A stretch of 33,357 nt of DNA from Chloroflexota bacterium (GTDB lineage: Bacteria > Chloroflexota > Limnocylindria > QHBO01), in assembly GCA_031370085.1 (NCBI GenBank), contig JANMPX010000206.1:1-33357 (forward strand), written 5' to 3'. Under the pieces are notes generated by a model, which worked only from the letters and a program-made list of their open reading frames with translations, was not told the DNA's origin and made no database searches. Positions 26,477 through 33,357 of the stretch are shown one piece after another. Both the position numbers and the translations under genes were made by a program. Within the stretch, counting starts at the first letter, position 1. Each line of letters starts with the position of its first letter.

Positions 26477-27487
26477 ATGCCGAAAGGGAGCTCAGATGTC
26501 GAGCTCCCCGTGGGCTATATCGCGCGGATCATCGACCCCGCCACCGATTCCGAGGCCATCACCGAGCTGTGCGCCGCGGCTGGTGTTGCTGAGTACGGGA
26601 CCCCCGACATCACGCTTCAGGCAGTGCGGGAGAGTTACAACGCTCCCTCCTTCCAGCCCGAGACCGACGGCCGACTGGTGGTCGATTCGAAAGGCGACCT
26701 CGCTGCTGTCGTCGAGTACTACGACAACGACGCGGAACATGTGGCGCCGTTCGTGTACATACGCGTGCGCCCTGATCTCCTCGAATCCGGGATAGGGGAG
26801 TCGCTTCTGGCCTGGGCGTCCCACCGCGGCGAGGCCACCGTGGAGCTTGCGGCGCCCGATCTGCGGGTAAGCCTGCATTCCAGTGCGGCAGGGGTCAACG
26901 AGCCGATGGACCGCATCTTCGAGCGCAGCGGTTGGGGTCTCGAGCGGATCTTCTGGACGATGGAGATCGAGTTGGGCGCCGAGATCCCGACGGTGCCGAC
27001 CCTGCCGGAGGGGATGCGCATCCGGGCCACCGTCGCCGACCGGGATGAGCAAGCGATCCACGCGGCGGAGGTCGATGCCTTCGCCGACCACTATGGCTAC
27101 CTGCCGCGTGTGTTTGAGGACTGGCTTGGATTTGCGACCAAGCTCTACCCGTACGACCCGAGCCTCTGGTTCCTGGCTGTCGCGGGCGACGAGATTGCCG
27201 GGATCGCCCTCTGCATCCTGGAGGCCATCGGCCGGCCGGACCTTGGCTGGGTCAATGTGCTCGGCGTCCGGCCGGCCTGGCGTGGGCGAGGCGTCGGGCT
27301 TGCGCTGCTGAAGCATGCATTCGCCGAGCTTCACCGCCGTGGCAAACGGCAGGTGGGTTTGGGCGTCGACTCGGAGAGCCTGACCGGCGCCACCCGGCTC
27401 TACAAGCGTGCTGGAATGCACGTGGCGCGGGATGCACGTGCGTACACGTGGGTGATGCGAGAGGGCCGCGAGATTCGGCCGATCTGA
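26477..27487 (+). CDS. Tandem GNAT-family N-acetyltransferase
   Basis: C-terminal LGVRPAWRGRGVGLALL, LGVDSESLTGATRLYKRAGM; degenerate N-terminal GNAT (VRPDLLESGIG). Confidence 0.88.
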   Translation: MPKGSSDVELPVGYIARIIDPATDSEAITELCAAAGVAEYGTPDITLQAVRESYNAPSFQPETDGRLVVDSKGDLAAVVEYYDNDAEHVAPFVYIRVRPDLLESGIGESLLAWASHRGEATVELAAPDLRVSLHSSAAGVNEPMDRIFERSGWGLERIFWTMEIELGAEIPTVPTLPEGMRIRATVADRDEQAIHAAEVDAFADHYGYLPRVFEDWLGFATKLYPYDPSLWFLAVAGDEIAGIALCILEAIGRPDLGWVNVLGVRPAWRGRGVGLALLKHAFAELHRRGKRQVGLGVDSESLTGATRLYKRAGMHVARDARAYTWVMREGREIRPI

Positions 27488-27563
27488 GGAAGCAGTCCAG
27501 TCTCTCAGTGAAAGGATGACCCGCTCCTTGGGCGATCTCGGCCTCAGCGCTGAGAGGGATGCA

Positions 27564-27593
27564 GAACGCCCGGTCCTTGCGGACCGGGCGTTC
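27564..27593. terminator. Hairpin terminator between convergent GNAT and csp genes
   Basis: Perfect 13-bp stem GAACGCCCGGTCC/GGACCGGGCGTTC with a 4-nt loop (GCAA on the minus strand). A second GCAA-capped hairpin lies at 27609-27626. Confidence 0.75.
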
Positions 27594-27640
27594 CGTCGAA
27601 TCGCTACTCGGGCGCTTGCGCGCCCGCGCGCAGATCGGTG

Positions 27641-27844
27641 CTAGGCGGCAGAGACCTTGCCGGCGCGGGGACCGCGGGGGCTGGACTCGACCTCGAAGTT
27701 GACCTTCTCGCCGCCGACCAGGCGATCGAACTCAAGGGTTCGATCGAGCCCGTCACGGTGGAAGAAGTACTCCTTGCCGTCCTCGGCTGCGATGAAGCCG
27801 AAGCCTCGGTCGGAGACGACCTTCTTGATGGTGCCTGTGGTCAT
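27641..27844 (-). CDS. Cold-shock domain protein
   Basis: TGTIKK..DRGFGFI (RNP1), EYFFHRD (RNP2), GPRAGKV; GAGG SD; TAGACT -10 at 27947-27952 on the minus strand. Confidence 0.93.
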   Translation of the reverse strand: MTTGTIKKVVSDRGFGFIAAEDGKEYFFHRDGLDRTLEFDRLVGGEKVNFEVESSPRGPRAGKVSAA

Positions 27845-28000
27845 GAAAACCTCGTTCTCTTCTCGAAGTAAGCCGACGACGCACGGCCGGCTCGAGAAGG
27901 AACCTGACGACCACGCGGGAACCTCCCAAGAGGGGAGGATGCACCGAGTCTACTCCTTTTGACCGCAAACGCCCAGCAATCGCCTACCATGTGCCGTCCC

Positions 28001-28285
28001 ATGACTGATCTGCTCGGCGTTATCGCTGCGTCGTACGGCGTCGTGATGGCCCTTTCGCCGGCGCTCCAGATTCGTCGCATGCTGATCACGCGCTCGTCGG
28101 CCGACGTATCGGTGGCCTACCTGGCTGTCCTCGAGGTGGGATTCGCGCTGTGGTGCGCCTACGGGGTGGCGCTGGGCAACCCGGCAATCGTGGTTCCGAA
28201 CGTGGTCGCGTTCACCGTCGGGCTGGCCACGCTCGTCGTGGTATTCCATTTCCGGACCGCACCCGCAGCGGTCGAAAGCGACTGA
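28001..28285 (+). CDS. SemiSWEET/PQ-loop family small membrane protein
   Basis: Three TM helices, SPALQIRRMLITRSSADVS, LWCAYG, IVVPNV. Confidence 0.78.
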   Translation: MTDLLGVIAASYGVVMALSPALQIRRMLITRSSADVSVAYLAVLEVGFALWCAYGVALGNPAIVVPNVVAFTVGLATLVVVFHFRTAPAAVESD

Positions 28286-28425
28286 AGCCAGGCGGGCCGG
28301 TCGGCGACGTTTGACCCCCGCGAGGCGTGCTCTTCGGCACTAGGCCCCCGGGTCCAACACTCCCACCGTCCTTGGCAACGGGTCGCGACGGCCCGACCTT
28401 GCAGTGACACGGAGGGTACCCCGCC

Positions 28426-29763
28426 ATGGCGCGTCGGGTAGTGATCATGGGGGCCGCGGGTCGCGACTTCCACAACTTCAATGTCGTCTATCGGGACGAC
28501 ACCGCGTACCAGGTGGTGTCGTTCACCGCCACCCAGATCCCCGGCATCGCCGGGCGGCGCTATCCGGCCGAGCTGGCCGGCTCGCTGTACCCCGACGGGA
28601 TCCCGATCGTCCCCGAATCCGAGCTCGATGACCTCCTGGCGCGTGAGGCGATCGACGAGGTGGTCTTCGCCTACAGCGACGTCAGCCATGAGACCGTGAT
28701 GCACGCGGCGTCGCGGGCCCTGGCTGGCGGAGCCGATTTCGTGCTGCTCGGCCCGTCGCGCACCATGCTCACCGCCCACCGTCCGGTGATCGCCGTCTGC
28801 GCCGTGCGCACCGGGTCGGGCAAGAGCCAGACCACTCGTCGCGTCGCAGAGATCATCGCAGCGTCCGGGCTGCGGGTCGCCGTGGTGCGCCACCCGATGC
28901 CCTATGGCGACCTGGTTGCCCAGCGGGTCCAGCGCTTCCAGACGCTGGCCGACCTCGACACGGCGAGCGCCACCATCGAGGAGCGCGAGGAGTACGAGCC
29001 CCACATCGCTGCTGGCCGCGTGGTCTTCGCGGGGGTCGATTACGCGGCAATCCTGGCGGCCGCAGAGGCTGAGGCGGACGTCATCCTGTGGGATGGCGGC
29101 AACAATGACCTGTCGTTCTACCGGGCCGACCTGCTCATCGTTGTGGCCGACCCGCTGCGGGCCGGCGACGAGCTGCACTATCACCCCGGTGAGGCGGTGC
29201 TGCGGATGGCCGACGTGGTGGTGATCAACAAGGTCGACTCAGCCAGCGCCGGCCAGATCGAACAGGTGCACGCCGACATCGCCTGGCTGAACCCGAGGGC
29301 TGCCATCCTCGAGGCACGCTCCGCGGTCCGGGTCGAATCGCCGATCGACAGGGCGCGCGTAGTGGTGGTAGAGGACGGGCCGACCCTTACGCATGGGGGA
29401 ATGACCTTTGGTGCCGGGATCGTCGCGGCGCAGCGCTTCGGCGCAACGCCGATCGACCCGCGGCCCTACGCCGTCGGCAGCATCGCCATGGTGCTGGAAC
29501 GCTACCCCGACCTCGGGCCGCTGGTGCCGGCGATGGGCTACGGCGACGAGCAGACGCGCGAGCTGGCGGCCACCCTCGACGCGGTGCCGGCCGACCTGGT
29601 GCTGGCGGCCACGCCGATCGATCTGACCCGCGTCCTCTCGGTCAACAAGCCGGTGGTTCGCGTTCGCTACGACCTCGACGAGACCGATCCGGGAGCGCTC
29701 CAGGCGCTCCTCGAGCCGGTGGTCAAGCTTGCGCGGGTGGCGCAGGCGGTGGGCGGTCGTTAG
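28426..29763 (+). CDS. COG2403 P-loop protein (often annotated cyclic 2,3-diphosphoglycerate synthase/GTPase); probable arginine synthetase-like
   Basis: MGAAGRDFHNFN, AVRTGSGKSQT, RHPMPYG, TIEEREEYEPH, WDGGNND, VEDGPTLTHGGM, PAMGY; GGAGG SD. Confidence 0.85.
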   Translation: MARRVVIMGAAGRDFHNFNVVYRDDTAYQVVSFTATQIPGIAGRRYPAELAGSLYPDGIPIVPESELDDLLAREAIDEVVFAYSDVSHETVMHAASRALAGGADFVLLGPSRTMLTAHRPVIAVCAVRTGSGKSQTTRRVAEIIAASGLRVAVVRHPMPYGDLVAQRVQRFQTLADLDTASATIEEREEYEPHIAAGRVVFAGVDYAAILAAAEAEADVILWDGGNNDLSFYRADLLIVVADPLRAGDELHYHPGEAVLRMADVVVINKVDSASAGQIEQVHADIAWLNPRAAILEARSAVRVESPIDRARVVVVEDGPTLTHGGMTFGAGIVAAQRFGATPIDPRPYAVGSIAMVLERYPDLGPLVPAMGYGDEQTRELAATLDAVPADLVLAATPIDLTRVLSVNKPVVRVRYDLDETDPGALQALLEPVVKLARVAQAVGGR

Positions 29764-29809
29764 CAGCGGGGTATAGCCGGCGGGGTGTCACGGCGGGTAG
29801 CATCCCGGC

Positions 29810-31144
29810 GTGACCAGTCCTGGCCCGCTCCCCGTCGCGCCACCGTTCGTCCTGCGCGCGGAGCTGCTGACGCCGCTGGCCGGCGGCGGACTGCGCCACG
29901 AGCCTGACGCGCGCATCGAGGTGGATGCGGAGGGTCGCCTGGTCAGGGTCGCCGCCTGGCGTGACGTTGATGCGGTGGGGCCGATGCCGCTGCTCGATCT
30001 GCGCCCCTGGCTGGTGGTGCCCGGCATGGTTGATCTCCATGCGCACCTGCCGCAGCTGCCGAACGCCGGCGTGGGCGCCGGGCTGGACCTGCTGAGCTGG
30101 CTCGAGCGCTACATCTTCCCGCTCGAGCAGCGCTTCGACACGCCGACCGCCGAGCTCATCGCACCTGCGGCCTTTCGGGCGTTTGCGCGGGCCGGCACCA
30201 CCACCGTGGTGGCGTACGGGGCGCTGTGGCCGGACAGCCTCGAGGCCTGCTTCAGGGCGGCCGAGGCGCATGGCATTCGCGCGGTGATCGGCAAGGTGAT
30301 GATGGACCGGTTGAGCTACGACACGGCTCGTGATCCGGCGGAGATGCTCGACCTCTCGCTCCGCCAATCAGCAGAGATCTGCGAGCGCTGGCACGGCCGC
30401 GATGACGGCCGCTTGGCCTACGCCTTCACGCCTCGATTCGCGGTGAGCTGCTCAGCCGAGATGCTGCGTCGCTCGGCAGAGGCGGCGACGGAGGCCGGTG
30501 CGTACTGGCAGACCCACCTTTCCGAGGATCGCGGCGAGATCGCCGAGGTGCGGCGCCTCTTTCCCGAGGCGATCGACTACACGGATGTCTACGACCGTGC
30601 CGGTGGCCTGACCAGACATGCCATCCTGGCGCACGCCATCCACCTGTCCGATCGGGAGGTGGCACGGCTGGCGGAGACCGGTGCCGCCGTCGCTCACTGT
30701 CCCAGCTCGAATCTCTTCCTTGCGAGCGGGGCGATGCCGCTGTTTCGCTACCTCGCGGCCGGGGTGCGGGTGGGACTGGGCTCCGACGTCGCCGCCGGTC
30801 CGGATGCGCCGCTGTTCAGCGTCATGCGAGCGGGCGCCTATACCCAGAACGCGCTCCGGGCCGCCGGCATGACCGATGCTGCGCCCCTGTCACCTGGCGA
30901 CTGGCTGCGCATGGGAACCCTGGGCGGCGCGGCGGCCCTTGGGCTGGAGGACAGGATCGGCTCGGTCGAGGAGGGCAAGGAGGCCGACCTGGTGGTGATC
31001 GATCCGTCGGTCACGCTGCCGTTGGAGGGGGTCGGCTCCCACGTCGCAGACGGCGTCGACGAGATGCTGAGTCGCCTCATCTTCCGGGCGCACCCGGCAA
31101 TGGTCCGCGCGGCGTGGGTCCGCGGCCGCCTGCTACCCGCCTGA
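29810..31144 (+). CDS. guaD: Guanine deaminase (amidohydrolase superfamily)
   Basis: PGMVDLHAHLPQ, LLSWLERYIFPLE, TPRFAVSCS, QTHLSE, HCPSSNLFLASG, GLGSDV. Confidence 0.9.
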   Translation: MTSPGPLPVAPPFVLRAELLTPLAGGGLRHEPDARIEVDAEGRLVRVAAWRDVDAVGPMPLLDLRPWLVVPGMVDLHAHLPQLPNAGVGAGLDLLSWLERYIFPLEQRFDTPTAELIAPAAFRAFARAGTTTVVAYGALWPDSLEACFRAAEAHGIRAVIGKVMMDRLSYDTARDPAEMLDLSLRQSAEICERWHGRDDGRLAYAFTPRFAVSCSAEMLRRSAEAATEAGAYWQTHLSEDRGEIAEVRRLFPEAIDYTDVYDRAGGLTRHAILAHAIHLSDREVARLAETGAAVAHCPSSNLFLASGAMPLFRYLAAGVRVGLGSDVAAGPDAPLFSVMRAGAYTQNALRAAGMTDAAPLSPGDWLRMGTLGGAAALGLEDRIGSVEEGKEADLVVIDPSVTLPLEGVGSHVADGVDEMLSRLIFRAHPAMVRAAWVRGRLLPA

Positions 31145-31172
31145 GGCGATCACCATCGGCTAGGCTATGCGC

Positions 31173-31556
31173 ATGGGCACTGAGCGTCTCGTCCAGATCC
31201 TGGTCAATGCCGGAGCACTGTATGTGGCCGACTATCTCATCGGTGGCATCAGCTTCGTCGGCGAGTGGTGGAAGTTCCTGCTGGTGGCGCTGGCCTTCAG
31301 CCTGCTGAACACCTATCTGCGCCCGATCCTGCGGATTCTGACCTTCCCGATCACGCTGGTCACCATGGGCATCTTCCTGCTGATCATCAACGCCCTCATG
31401 CTGCTGCTCACCAGCGCGGTGAGCGACCAGCTCCAGCTTGGCTTCTCGGTCGCGGACTTCGGGGCCGCCTTCCTTGGCGCGATCGTCGTCTCGATCGTGG
31501 GCTGGATCCTGTCGATGCTGGTTGGGGCAGGGCGCATGGGGAGCAAGGTCCTCTGA
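31173..31556 (+). CDS. YvlD-like 4-TM membrane protein (Phage_holin_4_2 family)
   Basis: LLNTYLRPILRILTFPITLVTMGIFLLIINALML, FGAAFLGAIVVSIV. ATG 31173 lies 6 nt after TAGGCT. Confidence 0.88.
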   Translation: MGTERLVQILVNAGALYVADYLIGGISFVGEWWKFLLVALAFSLLNTYLRPILRILTFPITLVTMGIFLLIINALMLLLTSAVSDQLQLGFSVADFGAAFLGAIVVSIVGWILSMLVGAGRMGSKVL

Positions 31557-32209
31557 TCACCGCGCCGCGCGCCTACGCCACCGGCTTCGCTCTCGCCGCC
31601 GCCCTGCTGATCCTGCTCAGCGGACCCCTGCTCCTGTTCAACCCGTGGTTCGTGTCGTGGGAGCAGGCGCGACATGACGTCCCGGCCTCCCTGGGCACCG
31701 AGCAGGCCGCCGTGGACGCGGTCACCGCACCGATGCTCCTGGACCTGTTCCGCGACGGCGCGTTTGACGAGGGCCTGGTCAGCCGCGGTCCGATCCTCAC
31801 CGATCCCGAACGCAGCCACATGCGGGATGTCGGCGCCCTTGTGCGGACGCTCGCGCTCATCGAGATCGGCGCGCTGGTGGTCTTCGTTCTTGGCTGGTGG
31901 CGGCTGCGCCGCGAACGATCCCGGCGCGGCAGATTGCTGCTCAGCGGGGCTGCACTGGTGGGAGGTGCCTCGATCCTGGTGGCGGCGCTGTTTGCGATCT
32001 CGTTTGATTTCGCCTTCGCCGCGTTCCACGCCCTCTTCTTCAAGGCGGGAACCTGGCAGTTCAGCATCGATTCGGGCCTGATCCGACTCTTCCCCGAACC
32101 GTTGTGGTTCGATGCCTCGCTCCTGGCGGGTGGATCGATCGCGGTCGGAGCGCTGCTCGCGGCGCTCGTCGCGCTACGCGATCTTCGCCAGGCTGCGGCG
32201 GTCGGCTGA
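31553..32209 (+). CDS. DUF1461 / lipoprotein intramolecular transacylase (Lit)-like membrane protein
   Basis: ERSHMRDV, FAAFHALFF..GTWQF, LIRLFPE. No ATG/GTG/TTG near the first TM helix; CTG 31553 overlaps the upstream stop. Confidence 0.75.
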   Translation: MITAPRAYATGFALAAALLILLSGPLLLFNPWFVSWEQARHDVPASLGTEQAAVDAVTAPMLLDLFRDGAFDEGLVSRGPILTDPERSHMRDVGALVRTLALIEIGALVVFVLGWWRLRRERSRRGRLLLSGAALVGGASILVAALFAISFDFAFAAFHALFFKAGTWQFSIDSGLIRLFPEPLWFDASLLAGGSIAVGALLAALVALRDLRQAAAVG

Positions 32210-32229
32210 GGCTCGGCTACACTCGGAGG

Positions 32230-33354
32230 ATGGGCCAGTCGATTCGGCTCGGGCGGATTGCCGGGATCGAGATTGGCCTGCACCCCTCCTGGTTCATCAT
32301 CGCGCTGCTGGTCACCTACTCGTTCGCGGCCGGAGAGCTGCCGACGAATTATCCGAACTGGCAGCCGGCACTCTACTGGGTGGTCGGAGCGAGCATCTCG
32401 CTCTTCTTTTTTGGCTCAGTGCTTGCCCACGAGCTGTCCCATGCCCTGGTGGCGCGGCGCTACGGCATGCGGGTGCGCGGCATCACCCTGTTCATCTTCG
32501 GCGGCATGGCGAGCATGGAGGACGAGGCCAAGACACCGCGCCAGGAGGCCGTGATGGCGGCTGCCGGGCCGTTGACCAGCCTGGCTATCGGAGCAGCGCT
32601 ATGGGTCGCCAGCGGCGTGTTGCGAGAGCCGGTCCTGGTGGCCACGGTCGGCTGGCTCGGCTTCATCAACCTGACCCTTGGCCTCTTCAACCTGATCCCT
32701 GGCTTCCCGATGGATGGCGGCCGCATCTTGCGAGCAGTGCTCTGGCACGTCCGCGGCGACCGCTACGCCGCCACCCGCAACGCGGCTGCCATCGGGCGGC
32801 TCTTCGGCTACCTGCTCATCGCCGTGGGCGTGTACCTGATCTTCCAGGGCAGCAACCTGTTCAGCGGGGTCTGGCTGGCGCTGATCGGCTGGTTTCTCTC
32901 CAGCGCGGCCGAGTCAACCGTCGCCCAGTTGAGCGTCCAGCGCTCGCTGCACGGAGTCAAGGTGCGCGAGGTGATGGAAGCCGATCCGGCATCGGTGACT
33001 CCCAACGAGAGCGTCGCGGACCTGGTCAATGAGCGCCTGCTGCGCAGCGGCGCCCGCTCGTTCCTGGTGCGCCACGACGATGGCGGCCTGGCCGGCATCG
33101 TGACCCTCTCCGACGTTCGGCGAGTACCACGTGAGGATTGGGCGCCCGCCCGGGTGACCGACATCATGACCCGCCACGCCGACCTTGCCACGGTCGGGCC
33201 CGATGACCAGGTCGAGGCCGCCCTGAAGCTCCTGCAGGAACGCGAGGTGAACCAGCTGCCGGTGGTCGACGTCGATCACCGCACTGTCCTCGGGCTGCTC
33301 ACCCGCGCCGGCATCCTGCGACTGATCGAGGCGCGCATGCGCCTCGGCGCCTAG
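32230..33354 (+). CDS. Site-2 protease (peptidase M50) with tandem CBS domains
   Basis: LGRIAGIEIGLHPSW, HELSH, AGPLTS, NLIPGFPMDGGRI; C-terminal CBS pair. ATG 32230 lies 6 nt after TACACT (32218-32223). Confidence 0.94.
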   Translation: MGQSIRLGRIAGIEIGLHPSWFIIALLVTYSFAAGELPTNYPNWQPALYWVVGASISLFFFGSVLAHELSHALVARRYGMRVRGITLFIFGGMASMEDEAKTPRQEAVMAAAGPLTSLAIGAALWVASGVLREPVLVATVGWLGFINLTLGLFNLIPGFPMDGGRILRAVLWHVRGDRYAATRNAAAIGRLFGYLLIAVGVYLIFQGSNLFSGVWLALIGWFLSSAAESTVAQLSVQRSLHGVKVREVMEADPASVTPNESVADLVNERLLRSGARSFLVRHDDGGLAGIVTLSDVRRVPREDWAPARVTDIMTRHADLATVGPDDQVEAALKLLQEREVNQLPVVDVDHRTVLGLLTRAGILRLIEARMRLGA

Positions 33355-33357
33355 GCC

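Noticed and set aside
28330-28400. DosR-like operator (GGCACTAGGCCCC) upstream of the COG2403 gene
   Set aside because: Match too weak and single; cannot be distinguished from chance in GC-rich DNA.
31173-31556. Phage holin indicating a prophage
   Set aside because: The YvlD/Phage_holin_4_2 family is commonly chromosomal, and no endolysin or other phage genes are present.

Overview
High-GC (roughly 68-70% by eye) bacterial chromosome segment, probably from a monoderm soil or freshwater lineage. Chloroflexota is my inference; Actinomycetota is not excluded. Positions 1-19.5 kb are a conserved housekeeping run: dxs, tlyA, RHH protein, nadK, recN, xerD, PH/SHOCT membrane protein, purine nucleoside phosphorylase, M50 protease, HD protein, scpA, scpB, an rluB-cmk fusion, plsC, ispH, der, a Get3/ArsA-like ATPase with a small partner gene, and gpsA. 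An antisense GT4 glycosyltransferase interrupts this run and is bracketed by two copies of a ~160-bp palindromic repeat. After a malic enzyme gene and tRNA-Pro(GGG) comes an accessory region. It holds an F420-type LLM gene bounded by a duplicated tRNA 3' end, a Ser/Thr kinase abutting a truncated VOC gene, a ~660-bp non-coding gap, a ferritin-like protein, a GNAT, a cold-shock protein, a SemiSWEET-like protein, a COG2403 (arginine synthetase-like) ATPase, guaD, a YvlD-like membrane protein, a Lit-like protein and an M50-CBS protease. The best candidates for something undescribed are: (1) a ~250-nt multibranched non-coding RNA at ~24621-24872 behind three DnaA-box-like sites, with motifs reminiscent of actinobacterial Ms1 RNAs; (2) a Get3-like ATPase with an alpha-crystallin-like tail, coupled to a small protein ending in an I-x-V motif, inside der-gpsA; (3) the repeat-flanked GT4 cassette. 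Many genes appear to be leaderless. No CRISPR array, rRNA or transposase was seen. All calls come from motif recognition; no database searches were run.
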